Positions 1 through 10,245 of a DNA stretch of 64,000 bases are shown here, piece after piece; the first letter of the stretch is position 1, and every line of letters starts with the position of its first letter. The notes beneath the pieces were generated by a model. The model saw nothing but the letters and a program-made list of their open reading frames with translations, was not told where the DNA came from and made no database searches. The stretch lies in the NCBI GenBank assembly GCA_965214605.1, contig OZ243961.1, positions 3,296,001-3,360,000 on the forward strand. Reading direction: 5' to 3'. The DNA comes from an uncultured Candidatus Binatia bacterium. GTDB taxonomy: Bacteria > Desulfobacterota > Binatia > Bin18. The translations under genes were made by a program, and so were the position numbers.

Positions 1-393
1 GAGGCGAATGAAATCTTGGTTGAAATTCGCGTGTCGGCTCCTCAGGGCCAAACGGCCGACTGTTACCAACGCTTTATTCCGCGCAATGAGATGGATATTG
101 CGGTGGTCGGCGTTGGCTCGTGTGTGACGCTTGAGGGCGATACCTGTACGGCGGCCCGGATTGGTCTCGGTGCGGTTGCCCCCATCCAGCTGTTTGCCAA
201 GGAGGCCAGCGACTCCCTGGTCGGCAAGCCGTTTACCGATGAGAACATTGCCCGGGCCGCCGAGTTGGCCCAGAGCATTGCGAGGCCCATCTCCGATATG
301 CGCGGCACGGCCGAGTTCCGGACCCATTTGGTCGGCGTCTTAACGCGCCGGACGCTGCAACAGGCGGGCGAGCGAGCTCGGGCAAAAGCGTAA
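1..393 (+). CDS. Xanthine dehydrogenase/CO dehydrogenase family FAD-binding (medium) subunit, C-terminal part (5' truncated by window)
   Basis: Motifs 'RNEMDIAVVGVG', 'ARIGLGAVAP', 'PISDMRGTAEFR' typical of the CoxM/XdhB C-terminal domain; open frame runs to the window edge. Confidence 0.9.
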   Translation, partial: EANEILVEIRVSAPQGQTADCYQRFIPRNEMDIAVVGVGSCVTLEGDTCTAARIGLGAVAPIQLFAKEASDSLVGKPFTDENIARAAELAQSIARPISDMRGTAEFRTHLVGVLTRRTLQQAGERARAKA

Positions 394-495
394 TCCGTCA
401 TGCCCGACGTGGGAGGAGGCGAAGCCGGGGGAAAAGCCCGCTTTCGCTCAGCCCGTGACACGCATGGCTCTCTTACTGAGGAAGGCAGGAAAAGT

Positions 496-975
496 ATGGC
501 AAGAAAGGTCCACGTTCAAACGACACTCAATGGCGAAGTTACCGAGTTCTTGTGTGAGCCACGCCAGAGCTTACTCGAAGTGCTGCGCGATGAACTCGGC
601 TTTACCGGCTCAAAAGAGGGCTGTCTAACCGGCGACTGCGGGGCCTGTAGTGTAATTCTCGACGGTCGCCCCTCATGTTCGTGTCTGGTGCTCGGAGTCG
701 AGGCCGAGGGCCAAGAGATTACGACCGTTGAAGGGCTGGCCGATGGTGATACGCTCCATCCACTGCAGCAGAAGTTTCTCGAACACGCTGCCCTGCAGTG
801 CGGGATCTGCACGCCTGGGTTTCTCGTGACCGCCAAGGCGCTGCTGGACCGCAACCCCAAGCCCACCGAACATGATGTTCGCTATGCCCTAGCCGGGAAT
901 CTGTGTCGCTGCACGGGTTATGATAAAATTGTAAGAGCGGTGTTAGACGCTGCTTCTGTCATGCAAGGGAGGTAA
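496..975 (+). CDS. (2Fe-2S)-binding small subunit of Mo hydroxylase (CoxS/XdhC-like)
   Basis: GC-x4-CGAC-x11-C and QCGIC...GNLCRC clusters; ATG at 496 after AGGA. Confidence 0.95.
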   Translation: MARKVHVQTTLNGEVTEFLCEPRQSLLEVLRDELGFTGSKEGCLTGDCGACSVILDGRPSCSCLVLGVEAEGQEITTVEGLADGDTLHPLQQKFLEHAALQCGICTPGFLVTAKALLDRNPKPTEHDVRYALAGNLCRCTGYDKIVRAVLDAASVMQGR

Positions 976-978
976 GCA

Positions 979-3255
979 ATGGCGCAACAAGAGGCGAAAT
1001 TCAAGGTTATCGGAACCCGTCCGATTCGGCATGACGGGGTGGATAAAGTCACCGGCCGGGCCAAATATGGGGCGGATATTGACCTGCCCGGGATGCTGCA
1101 TGGCAAGGTGCTGCGCAGCCCGCATGCCCACGCTAGGATCAAGTCCATTGATGCGTCAGCCGCATTGGCTCTCCCTGGGGTGAAAGCTGTCATAACCAGT
1201 GAGGATTTACCGAAGCTGCCCAACGGCGTAGTGCCCATGGGCGAGCTGCCGATGAATCCCCTCCATCTGTCGCTGAACGTCATGGCCCGAGACAAGGTGC
1301 TGTACGACGGACACGCCGTTGCTGCGGTGGCGGCGACCAACCCGCATATTGCCGAAGAGGCGCTCAAACTCATCAAGGTCGACTACGAAGCCTTGCCCCA
1401 CGTCCAGAATGTGATGGACGCGATGCAGGACGACGCACCTATTCTCCTGCCCGATCTGCGGACGAGCGGAGCTGAGGAGAAGAGCGATAAAGAGACCAAC
1501 GTCGCCAGCCAGCTGCGCTTTGCCCGGGGTGATCTTGAGGCCGGTTTTGCGGCGGCCGATGAGATCGTTGAACACGAGTTCGATACCTCGATGGTCCACC
1601 AGGGGTATATTGAGCCCCATAACGCGGTCGCCCAGCACAATCCCGACGGTCACTCCACAATTTGGGTAAGCACCCAGGGCGCATTTACCGCCCGCGACCA
1701 AACCGCGATGATTCTGGATATCCCGGCCAGTTCGATGAAGGTCATCCCGGCTGAAATCGGCGGTGGTTTTGGCGGAAAGATCTCGGTGTATCTGGAGCCG
1801 CTCGCGCTAGTCCTGTCAAAGAAGACGGGCAAGCCGGTCAAGATGGTGATGAGCCGCGGGGAGGTCCTGCGCGCAACCGGACCGACCTCGGGCTCACACA
1901 TCAAGGTGAAGATGGGCGCCAATAAAGACGGCAAGATTACCGCAGCCCATATCTGGATGGCGTATGAGGCCGGTGCCTTCCCCGGTGCGCCGGTAGGAGC
2001 GGGCTGTATGACCGTATTGGCCCCGTACGATTTGGAGAACCTCCAGATCGACGGCTTTGACGTCTTGGTCAATAAGCCAAAGACGGCTGCCTATCGCGCT
2101 CCGGGTTCGAGCAATTCGTCTTTTGCCGGAGAGACGGTGATTGACGAGCTGGCCGAAAAGCTCGGTTTTGACCCCCTTGAATTCCGACGCATCAACGGGG
2201 CCAAAGAAGGCACAGCCCAGCCGGCCGGACCCCAGTTTGGCAAGATCGGCTACCTAGAAACCCTTGATGCGGCTCAGAACAGTGCGCACTACAAGTCTCC
2301 CAAGCCGCAGTCGGGCAACGGCAAGAAGCGTGGCCGCGGGGTTGCCTCGGGCTTCTGGTTTAACGCCGGATTCCAGTCGAGCGCAACCGTCAATGTCAAT
2401 AGCGATGGCACGGCCAACGTAGTGACCGGCTCGACCGATATCGGCGGAACTCGAGCCTCGTGTGCGATGATCGCCGCCGAAGTGCTGGGTCTGAAAGCCG
2501 AAGATGTCCATCCGGTTGTGGCCGATACCGAGTCAATCGGTCATACCGATATGACCGGGGGGAGCCGGGTGACCTTTGCCACCGGTACCGCGGTATACGA
2601 AGCCGCCCAGGATGTGGTCAACCAGCTCAAGGAACGCGCGGCAAAGCTGTGGAAGGTTGACCTCAAAGACGTCGTGTTCCAAGACGGCATGGTGTCCTGC
2701 CCCAGCGACGATAAAAATGAGCCAATGGGTCTCAAGGAGCTGGCCACCAAACTGCCCCGGACCGGTGGGCCGGTGTCTGGTCGGGCCCAGGTGAACCCCC
2801 GCGGAGTCGGGCCGGCGTTTGCGACCCACGTGGTAGACGTTGAGGTGGATCCCGAAACCGGCAAGGTCGAGGTTTTGCGTTACACGGCCACTCAGGATGT
2901 CGGCACGGCTATCCATCCGAGCTATGTCGAGGGTCAGATCCAGGGCGCGGTTGCCCAAGGGGTGGGGTGGGGGCTCAACGAAGAATATTTCTACGATGAG
3001 AACGGCACGCTACGCAACGCCGGTTTTCTGGACTACCGGATGCCGACCTGCCTTGATCTCCCGCTGATTGAGACAATTCTGGTCGAGGTGCCCAATCCGG
3101 GTCATCCGGTCGGTGTACGGGGCGTCGGTGAGGTCCCTATCATCCCACCGCCGGCTGCCTTGGCCAATGCTATCCACAACGCCCTTGGGGTACGCATGCA
3201 AGAGCTGCCGATGTCGCCGGGCAAAATCGCCAAGGCGGTCGTTGAGCAGGGATAG
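979..3255 (+). CDS. Xanthine dehydrogenase family molybdopterin-binding large subunit (paralog 1)
   Basis: 'KVTGRAKY', 'RSPHAHA', 'IGGGFGGK', active-site loop 'AYRAPG', 'GVGE' catalytic Glu. Confidence 0.95.
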   Translation: MAQQEAKFKVIGTRPIRHDGVDKVTGRAKYGADIDLPGMLHGKVLRSPHAHARIKSIDASAALALPGVKAVITSEDLPKLPNGVVPMGELPMNPLHLSLNVMARDKVLYDGHAVAAVAATNPHIAEEALKLIKVDYEALPHVQNVMDAMQDDAPILLPDLRTSGAEEKSDKETNVASQLRFARGDLEAGFAAADEIVEHEFDTSMVHQGYIEPHNAVAQHNPDGHSTIWVSTQGAFTARDQTAMILDIPASSMKVIPAEIGGGFGGKISVYLEPLALVLSKKTGKPVKMVMSRGEVLRATGPTSGSHIKVKMGANKDGKITAAHIWMAYEAGAFPGAPVGAGCMTVLAPYDLENLQIDGFDVLVNKPKTAAYRAPGSSNSSFAGETVIDELAEKLGFDPLEFRRINGAKEGTAQPAGPQFGKIGYLETLDAAQNSAHYKSPKPQSGNGKKRGRGVASGFWFNAGFQSSATVNVNSDGTANVVTGSTDIGGTRASCAMIAAEVLGLKAEDVHPVVADTESIGHTDMTGGSRVTFATGTAVYEAAQDVVNQLKERAAKLWKVDLKDVVFQDGMVSCPSDDKNEPMGLKELATKLPRTGGPVSGRAQVNPRGVGPAFATHVVDVEVDPETGKVEVLRYTATQDVGTAIHPSYVEGQIQGAVAQGVGWGLNEEYFYDENGTLRNAGFLDYRMPTCLDLPLIETILVEVPNPGHPVGVRGVGEVPIIPPPAALANAIHNALGVRMQELPMSPGKIAKAVVEQG

Positions 3256-3326
3256 GAGCATCCCTCCGCTGTGGGTTGCCCGCTGACACAAACCCCTCTC
3301 CCCCTGGGAGAGGGAAAAGAGTAGGT

Positions 3327-3593
3327 ATGGCATCAACTGTCTTCATTCCTGCCCTGATGCGAAAGCTGTCAGCCGGAAAGGACCGGACAACGGCGACGGG
3401 CGCAACTCTGCGTGCCGTTGTTGACGATCTAGATCGTCAGTTCCCCGGCTTTCGGGATCGGGTTGTTGAGGATAATGATCTGTCCGGTTCGGTGGCGGTC
3501 TCGGTCAACGGCGAGATCATCACCGGTGGTCTGTCAGAGGCTATCCCGGCCGATAGCGAGATCCATTTTCTCCCGGCTATCGGGGGCGGGTGA
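3327..3593 (+). CDS. MoaD/ThiS family sulfur-carrier protein
   Basis: 88 aa ubiquitin-like fold signature, 'VSVNGE', C-terminal 'PAIGGG'. Confidence 0.9.
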   Translation: MASTVFIPALMRKLSAGKDRTTATGATLRAVVDDLDRQFPGFRDRVVEDNDLSGSVAVSVNGEIITGGLSEAIPADSEIHFLPAIGGG

Positions 3594-3616
3594 GAAGGGT
3601 CTTCTGTCCGGTTTTC

Positions 3617-3653
3617 ATAGGGAGGGGCATGACGTGCTCTTCCCTATTTTTTT
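3617..3653 (+). terminator. Rho-independent terminator after the MoaD-like gene
   Basis: Hairpin atagggaggggcat/gtgctcttccctat (with G-U pairs) followed by a T run. Confidence 0.7.
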
Positions 3654-3695
3654 GAATGGCGTCAAAACGGCTGAGGTTTGGCCAAGGAGGAAGAT

Positions 3696-5981
3696 ATGGC
3701 GGGGCAACAAGAGCATCAATTCAAGGTCATTGGCACGCGTCCGATTCGTCATGACGGGGCCGATAAGGTCACCGGCCGAGCCAAGTTCGGGGCTGATATC
3801 CAGCTGCCGGGCATGTTACACGGCAAAATTCTGCGCAGTCCACACGCCCACGCCCGCATTAAATCGCTCGATACGTCTGCCGCTCTGGCGGTCCCCGGGG
3901 TCAAGGCGGTTGTGACGGGTAGAGATTTTCCCGAGATTGAGGATGGCCTGCTGCAGATCGGGGAGAATATGGTCAATCCACGTCATCTCTCGCGCAACCT
4001 GATGGCGCGCGACAAAGTCCTGTACGACGGACACGCAGTGGCCGCAGTGGCTGCGAGCAGCCCACATATTGCCGAAGAGGCCACTAAGCGTATTCGGGTC
4101 GAGTACGAAACGCTCCCCCACGTGCAACATGTGCTCGACGCGATGAAAGACGACGCGCCGATCTTGCACCCTGAGCTGCGGACGGCCGGGACGCCGGACG
4201 CGTCTGATACCCCGACGAATATTGCCAACCAAGTCCGCTTTGCGCGGGGGGATCTCGACGAGGGCTTTGCCGCCGCCGACCTAATTGTGGAAAAAGAGTT
4301 CTCGACCTCAATGGTTCACCAGGGCTATATCGAACCGCATAATGTAGTGGCCCAGTATAATGGCGACGGGCAGTCAACCGTGTGGGTGAGCACCCAGGGA
4401 CCGTTTGCGGTCCGCGAGCTGTGCGGGGGACTACTCAAAATGCCGCCCAGTAAGATCAAGGTCATTCCGGCGGAAATTGGTGGCGGCTTTGGGGGGAAAA
4501 CCACCGTTTACCTGGAACACGTGGCCCTGCTGCTGTCGAGACTATCGGGCCGACCGGTCAAGATGGTCATGACCCGCAGCGAGGTTTTACGGGCGACTGG
4601 TCCGACGCCGGGTTCCCATATCTCCGTCAAGATTGGGGCTAATAAAGCCGGCAAGATTACGGCCGCTGCGCTGCGTTTATCGTTTGAGGCCGGTGCCTTT
4701 CCGGGCTCTCCGGTCGCCGCCGGCAGCATGACTGTTTTAGCGCCATACGATTTGGAAAACTTCCAGATTGATGGCTTTGACGTTGTCCTCAACAAGCCCA
4801 AGACGTGCGCCTACCGGGCGCCGGGAGCGACGAATCCGGCCATGGCCGCGGAAACGGTGATTGATGAGCTGGCCGAAAAGCTGGGTATTGATCCGCTGGA
4901 GTTTCGGCACCTCAACGCTGCCCGAGAGGGGACCGCTCAGCCGGCCGGACCGCAGTTCAGAAAGATCGGCTTTGTGGAGACGATTGAGGCGATCAAGAAC
5001 AGCGAGCACTATCGGTCTGCGATCCCGCAGTCCGGGGACGGTAAGCTGCGTGGCCGGGGTGTGGCGTCGGGATTTTGGTTCAACGCTGCCTTTCAGTCCT
5101 CAGCCACGGTCAGCATTAATACCGATGGCACGGCCAATGTGGTCACCGGTTCCCCGGACATTGGGGGCAGTCGGGCGTCGTGTGCCATGATTGCCGCCGA
5201 GGTGCTGGGCCTGGCTGCCGAAGACGTCCATCCGGTTGTGGCCGATACCGAGTCGATCGGTCATACTGATACGACTGGCGGGAGCCGGGTGACGTTTGCG
5301 ACCGGGATGGCCGTGTATGAGGCGGCGACCAACGCGGTCAACATCCTCAAACAACGGGCCGCAACTCTGTGGAAAGTCAAGCCCGAAGACGTGATCTTTC
5401 AGGACGGCGTGGTGTCGTGTACGACCAACGGTCAGGAGGCGCTGAGCCTCAAAGAGATGGCGCCCAAGCTCCCGCGTTCTGGCGGCCCGGTGATGGGCAG
5501 CGCCTCGGTCCGACCCCGTGGGGTCGGACCGACCTTTGCCACCCATGTGGTTGATATTGAGGTTGATCCGGAGACGGGCAAGGTCGATATTCTGCGCTAC
5601 ACGGCTTCACAAGATGTCGGGAAAGCCGTCCATCCGAGCTACGTCGAAGGCCAAATCCAGGGTGGGGTCGCCCAGGGGATCGGCTGGGCCCTCAACGAGG
5701 AGTATTTTTACGACGAAACGGGCACGATGCGAAATGCCGGGTTTTTGGACTATCGGATGCCGACCTGTCTCGACCTGCCGATGATTGAGACGGTCTTGGT
5801 CGAGGTTGCCAATCCCGGCCATCCGATCGGGATTCGGGGCGTCGGAGAAGTGCCTATTGTCCCACCGCCAGCGGCGATCGCCAATGCTCTCTACCGGGCG
5901 GCCGGCGTCCGCCTCCAAGAGCTGCCCATGTCGCCGGCCAGAGTCATTGAGGCAATACTCAAAAAAGATGCACGGATCTGA
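3696..5981 (+). CDS. Xanthine dehydrogenase family molybdopterin-binding large subunit (paralog 2)
   Basis: Colinear with 979..3255, same motifs ('CAYRAPG', 'GVGE'); AGGAGG RBS before ATG 3696. Confidence 0.95.
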   Translation: MAGQQEHQFKVIGTRPIRHDGADKVTGRAKFGADIQLPGMLHGKILRSPHAHARIKSLDTSAALAVPGVKAVVTGRDFPEIEDGLLQIGENMVNPRHLSRNLMARDKVLYDGHAVAAVAASSPHIAEEATKRIRVEYETLPHVQHVLDAMKDDAPILHPELRTAGTPDASDTPTNIANQVRFARGDLDEGFAAADLIVEKEFSTSMVHQGYIEPHNVVAQYNGDGQSTVWVSTQGPFAVRELCGGLLKMPPSKIKVIPAEIGGGFGGKTTVYLEHVALLLSRLSGRPVKMVMTRSEVLRATGPTPGSHISVKIGANKAGKITAAALRLSFEAGAFPGSPVAAGSMTVLAPYDLENFQIDGFDVVLNKPKTCAYRAPGATNPAMAAETVIDELAEKLGIDPLEFRHLNAAREGTAQPAGPQFRKIGFVETIEAIKNSEHYRSAIPQSGDGKLRGRGVASGFWFNAAFQSSATVSINTDGTANVVTGSPDIGGSRASCAMIAAEVLGLAAEDVHPVVADTESIGHTDTTGGSRVTFATGMAVYEAATNAVNILKQRAATLWKVKPEDVIFQDGVVSCTTNGQEALSLKEMAPKLPRSGGPVMGSASVRPRGVGPTFATHVVDIEVDPETGKVDILRYTASQDVGKAVHPSYVEGQIQGGVAQGIGWALNEEYFYDETGTMRNAGFLDYRMPTCLDLPMIETVLVEVANPGHPIGIRGVGEVPIVPPPAAIANALYRAAGVRLQELPMSPARVIEAILKKDARI

Positions 5982-5990
5982 CGAGGCCCT

Positions 5991-6827
5991 ATGGCACGCG
6001 CACAAGATCATTTTGAAACCATTAACGGTCTCCGGCTCCACTATCTGGACTGGGGCAGCCATGGCAAACCGGCCCTCGTTCTTTTGCACGGCGGTTCAGC
6101 CTACGCTCAATGGTGGGATTTCTTTGCCCCGGCCTTTACCGACGATTTCCACGTCATCGCTCCAGACTGGCGGGGCCACGGAGACAGCCAGCACGCCAAA
6201 CCTCCGGCCTATAGCACCAAGCACTACATCGAGGATCTACACAAATTTTTGGCCAAGATCGGTGTTGAGAGGCCGGTGATTGTCGGCCACTCTATGGGTG
6301 GGCATAACGCGGTCATCTACGCGACCGAGCACGCCACGGAGATCGCCGCTCTGGTGATGGTCGATACCACTGTAAGCTATCCCGCCTCAGCAGTCCAGTT
6401 TTTGCGTAGACTCGGCCAAAGACCGGCCAAGGTGTTTGATTCGCAGGCAGAAGCCATCAGCCGTTTTCAGGTCCTGCCGCGCGAATCGCTCTTCTCAAAG
6501 GAACGGCTGGAGTATATTGCCGGGTTTGCCTTTACCAAGCGGGGAGACGGGAAATGGGTGGCCAAGCTCGACCGGCAAGCCCTGTTTCGTGAGCCGGTTG
6601 ACGGTCGCCAGCGCTTGGCACACATCATCTGTCCAACACTGATTGTGAAAGCGGAAAACAGTCCGGTGTTGGACCACGACAAGCTGACAACCCTATGCGC
6701 CGCTCTGCCCAACGCCCGCTGGGCCGAGGTTAAAGACTGCTACCACCACATCATGCTGGACAACCCCGAGGGCCTGATTGCGGTCGTGCGGGAGTTTTTA
6801 GCGCAAATAGGTCCGGCTAGTGGCTAG
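5991..6827 (+). CDS. Alpha/beta fold hydrolase
   Basis: 'LLHGG' oxyanion motif, 'DWRGHGDS', nucleophile 'GHSMGG', C-terminal His. Confidence 0.9.
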   Translation: MARAQDHFETINGLRLHYLDWGSHGKPALVLLHGGSAYAQWWDFFAPAFTDDFHVIAPDWRGHGDSQHAKPPAYSTKHYIEDLHKFLAKIGVERPVIVGHSMGGHNAVIYATEHATEIAALVMVDTTVSYPASAVQFLRRLGQRPAKVFDSQAEAISRFQVLPRESLFSKERLEYIAGFAFTKRGDGKWVAKLDRQALFREPVDGRQRLAHIICPTLIVKAENSPVLDHDKLTTLCAALPNARWAEVKDCYHHIMLDNPEGLIAVVREFLAQIGPASG

Positions 6828-8076
6828 GAGCGGGTGGGTCCTCGCCCGTGGCCTTACCGTCAATACGGATACGGACCTGGATCGCCCGTCCGCCCTGTTC
6901 CTCCACTACCTCGGCCACCGCGTCCCGGAACCGAACGGTATCGCCAGCCCTGACTAACCGGTTCAGGCGGCTGACGAGCAGCCCTGATAGCGTGTCCACG
7001 CCGGGTGCGTATAGGTCAAGGCTGAGTTCCCGGTTGACCTGTTCGATGGGGAGCTGACCGCGCACCTGGAAGATGCCGGTCCCTTCGGGCACGATGTCCG
7101 GCGACTCGCTATCAAACTCATCCTGTACTGCGCCAACGATCTGCTCAACAACATTCTCCATCGTAATCACGCCAACGACCGAGCCGTATTCATCGTCAAC
7201 GAGGGCCATGTGCTGGTGGCTGCTCTGCATCTCTCGCAAGAGCCGGCTGAGCGGGAGGGTCTCGGGGATGTGGTGCAGGGGGCGGGCGATTGAGCTAAGA
7301 TCGATATCGGCATCATCGGCGATGCCGAGCAGGTCTTTGACGTGGATTAGCCCAATCACTTTATCCAAGGAGTCGACGCACAGGGGAAAGCGTGTGTGGC
7401 GGGTTCTTCTGGCGACCTCTAGGCACTTGTCCAGCGGCCAGTGGGCATCAAGGAAGGCGACATCTTGGCGAGCGACCATGACCTGGCGCGTCAGCATATC
7501 GTCAAAATGAAAGACGGCGTTGAGCAGTTGCAGTTCTGAGGCTGAGAGCTCGCCTGCCTGGCGGCCTAGCTGGATGTTGGCCTGAATCTCGCCCTCAGTG
7601 ATGGTCGGGCCGTCTCGGCGGCCGGTAAAGAAATCGGCAAACGCCCCAGTGACTCGGATGAGAGGGGACAACCCTGCCTGCATGAGCGTCAGCGGCCAGA
7701 CAATGAACTGCCAGAGGGTCCGCCAGTGGATGGCACCGTAGGTCTTGGGCAGAATCTCGCCGATGAACAGAATGGCAACGGTCAGCCCGACGGAGAAAAG
7801 CGGCACCCAGCCGGCGCCGAGAACCTGTGCAGCATACATCCCGCAGACGGTTGCGCCAGCCGTGTTAGCGATCGTGTTGAGGATCAGGATGGCCGAGGTC
7901 GGCCGGGCGATATTCGACTTCATGGCCATAAAGCGCTCGGCCAGGCGGGCGTATTTACCGTCTGCTCTCTGTGCCTCGAGCACCCCCACGCGGGTGGAAT
8001 ACAGGATGGTCTCGAACAGTGAGCAGACGCTTGAGATCAACACGGTCCCGCCAGCAATAACAAGCAGCATTGTCAT
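6817..8076 (-). CDS. CNNM/HlyC-CorC family transporter (DUF21 + CBS pair + CorC_HlyC)
   Basis: 'GEILPK', 'HTRFP', 'VDDEYG..G.ITMENVVEQIVG...DEFD'. Confidence 0.9.
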   Translation of the reverse strand: MTMLLVIAGGTVLISSVCSLFETILYSTRVGVLEAQRADGKYARLAERFMAMKSNIARPTSAILILNTIANTAGATVCGMYAAQVLGAGWVPLFSVGLTVAILFIGEILPKTYGAIHWRTLWQFIVWPLTLMQAGLSPLIRVTGAFADFFTGRRDGPTITEGEIQANIQLGRQAGELSASELQLLNAVFHFDDMLTRQVMVARQDVAFLDAHWPLDKCLEVARRTRHTRFPLCVDSLDKVIGLIHVKDLLGIADDADIDLSSIARPLHHIPETLPLSRLLREMQSSHQHMALVDDEYGSVVGVITMENVVEQIVGAVQDEFDSESPDIVPEGTGIFQVRGQLPIEQVNRELSLDLYAPGVDTLSGLLVSRLNRLVRAGDTVRFRDAVAEVVEEQGGRAIQVRIRIDGKATGEDPPAPSH

Positions 8077-8105
8077 CTGTCCCGCTCCGTTCGGTGGAGG
8101 CTAAT

Positions 8106-9416
8106 TCACAACAAGGATGCAAACGCGGTCGCCAGCCCGAGAAAACTGAAGAAGCCAAAGACGTCGGTGACTGTGGTGAGCACGATTGACGAGGACTGGG
8201 CCGGGTCTTGCCCCATAGCGGCCAGGAGCACCGGGATGAGCGCCCCAGCAATCCCGGCGATGGCCATTGAGAGCACCATAGCGAGACCAATGACCAGCAC
8301 CAGCCCGGGCGAGCCGCTCCACAGGTAGACGCTGGCGCAGGTGACCAGGGCGACGCCCAGGCCGTTTACCAAACCGGCGGAGAACTCTTTGGCGACGACC
8401 TTAGGCCAGTGGCGCAGGGTGATCTCACGCAGGGCCAGCCCGCGTAGCACGACGGCCAGTGCCTGTGCTCCGGTATTGCCCGATTGTCCGGCAACGACTG
8501 GCAACAGGACGGCGAGCGCGGTGAAGCGCGCGATCGTATCCTCAAATATGCTGACCACAGAGGCTGCCAGGAAAGCGGTAACAAGATTGATCTGCAGCCA
8601 GGGGAGACGCTTGCGCACGGCGAAGCCGACTTTTGACAGGGCGCGTTCTTCTTTGCTGGCGCCGGTAATGCTGACGAGGTCGGCGGATGACTCTGTTTGC
8701 ACTGCTGACACCAGTTCGTTGAGCCGGATGACGCCAAGCGGCCTGTTGTCATAGTCCACCACAGGAATGCTGCTCAGCTTGTGACGCTCCATTGTCTCGA
8801 CGATCTCCTGACGGGCGGCGAATGCCGACACGGCCACTGGTGGGCCGGAGACGAGTACCGACAGCGGGCTTTGCGGCTCGGCGAGAATCACTTCGTGGAG
8901 CGGAACGGTTCCGACGAGACGTCCGGTGCTGTCCACGAGAAGCAGGGTGAACGGGCGTTGCCTGTGCCACGTGGCACGCAGCCGCGTCAGCGTGTCCTCG
9001 GCTGTCAGACCAAGTAGAAAAACGCCGATGCGGGGATCCATAAGGCGGCCAGCGCTGTCCGTGGGATAGTGCATGACGGAGCGTAGCTCGCGGGCCTCTC
9101 CTGGCGGAAAACCGGCTAGGAGGGCGTTGCATTGCGCTTCATCTAGTCCGCCCAACAGCGCTCCGACCTGAGGGGGATCGAGGTGGCGCAGAAGCGGCGG
9201 GGCGGCGGTAGGTTCGAGCTCTGCCAGGACATCGAGAGCTTTGGCTGGCGTTAGCCGGCGGAAGACCTCACGCGTTGTTTCTGGGGTCACTTGGCCGAGC
9301 ACCTCAGCCACCTCTGCGGCCGACCAGGTTTCGAGCTGGTCGGCGGTCTCCTCTGGATGGCGCTCAAAGAGGGTCTCAGCGAGCAGGCGTTCAATTGTTG
9401 GGCTAGGGGTTGACAC
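8106..9416 (-). CDS. mgtE: Magnesium transporter MgtE
   Basis: 'YPTDSAGRLM', CBS pair, 'KRLPWL', 'GNTGAQ', 'DPAQSS...TTVTDV'; GTG start overlaps upstream stop. Confidence 0.9.
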   Translation of the reverse strand: MSTPSPTIERLLAETLFERHPEETADQLETWSAAEVAEVLGQVTPETTREVFRRLTPAKALDVLAELEPTAAPPLLRHLDPPQVGALLGGLDEAQCNALLAGFPPGEARELRSVMHYPTDSAGRLMDPRIGVFLLGLTAEDTLTRLRATWHRQRPFTLLLVDSTGRLVGTVPLHEVILAEPQSPLSVLVSGPPVAVSAFAARQEIVETMERHKLSSIPVVDYDNRPLGVIRLNELVSAVQTESSADLVSITGASKEERALSKVGFAVRKRLPWLQINLVTAFLAASVVSIFEDTIARFTALAVLLPVVAGQSGNTGAQALAVVLRGLALREITLRHWPKVVAKEFSAGLVNGLGVALVTCASVYLWSGSPGLVLVIGLAMVLSMAIAGIAGALIPVLLAAMGQDPAQSSSIVLTTVTDVFGFFSFLGLATAFASLL

Positions 9417-10245
9417 GCTTTGTCGATCCCGGTTGCTGGCTCGCACGGGAGGCCGAGCGTGGTCCGCTCCAGATCTCACTGAGTCCGAGCGAATAGAACT
9501 CAGCCATAGCGGCAAGCAGGTGGAGTGAGGGGGAACGGGACTGAGGCGTGTCTAAACCTCGGAGGGTATCAGCGCTAATAGCACCCAGGAAGATTCCCTC
9601 GGAGTCTACGACGGCAAGCGGTTCCGCCGACACTGCCGCGCTGCTCAGGGTCGTCGCGCTGGCGTGGGAGGCCAGGGACCGGGCCGTGCTCAGCGCCAGA
9701 GAGGTGAGGGGCAGGTTACGGTTGCTGCCGAGCAGCTGGCCTGGGGTCACCGCGCCGAGGAGGCGCTGAGAGCGGTCGAGCACAAAGAGACGGGAAGGGA
9801 TCGGGCCGTGGCTTCCACTAAGTCGGTCTAGGGCCTGGGCGACGGTAAGGTCGGAGTGGAGGGTGAGGGCCACCGGGTCGGCGAGCGCACCGGCGGACTG
9901 GGCCGCATAGCTCAGGGCGCGGTCGAGCGGCGTGCGGACGGTAGTTGGGAGCCGGCCGAGTACCTCTTCCCGAACGGCTGGTTTGAACTGACGCAGGAGG
10001 GCGGCAGCGATTGATGGGGGGAGCTGGGAGAGGAGCAGCGAACGCTGTGTCTCGGGCCAGTGGATGAGGCAGGAGGCGGCCAGGGGAGACGCGAAGCAGG
10101 CGAGTACGCTGGCGGCGCACTTCACGGACGCCGGCTGCAGGAACGCAGCGATTTCGGCTGGAGCGTGTCGTTCCAGCACCCGCGCCGCCTCCTCTGGATA
10201 GTGCTGCAGATGGAAGTGGGCTATTGCCTGGATAGCGGTTCCCAT
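9403..10245 (-). CDS. MgtE-like N-terminal helical + CBS domain protein without membrane domain
   Basis: 'YAAQSAGALAD' linker and CBS-like 'FVLDRSQRLLGAV', 'VVDSEGIFLG'; ATG overlaps upstream TGA. Confidence 0.7.
   Translation of the reverse strand: MGTAIQAIAHFHLQHYPEEAARVLERHAPAEIAAFLQPASVKCAASVLACFASPLAASCLIHWPETQRSLLLSQLPPSIAAALLRQFKPAVREEVLGRLPTTVRTPLDRALSYAAQSAGALADPVALTLHSDLTVAQALDRLSGSHGPIPSRLFVLDRSQRLLGAVTPGQLLGSNRNLPLTSLALSTARSLASHASATTLSSAAVSAEPLAVVDSEGIFLGAISADTLRGLDTPQSRSPSLHLLAAMAEFYSLGLSEIWSGPRSASRASQQPGSTKRVNP

Noticed and set aside
3293-3314. Short CCCTCTCCC/GGGAGAGGG hairpin as a REP family
   Set aside because: Single copy in the window; cannot be supported as a repeat
979-5981. 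Aerobic CO dehydrogenase (coxL) call
   Set aside because: Active-site loops are AYRAPG, not AYRCSFR or AYRGAGR; no coxDEFG accessory genes
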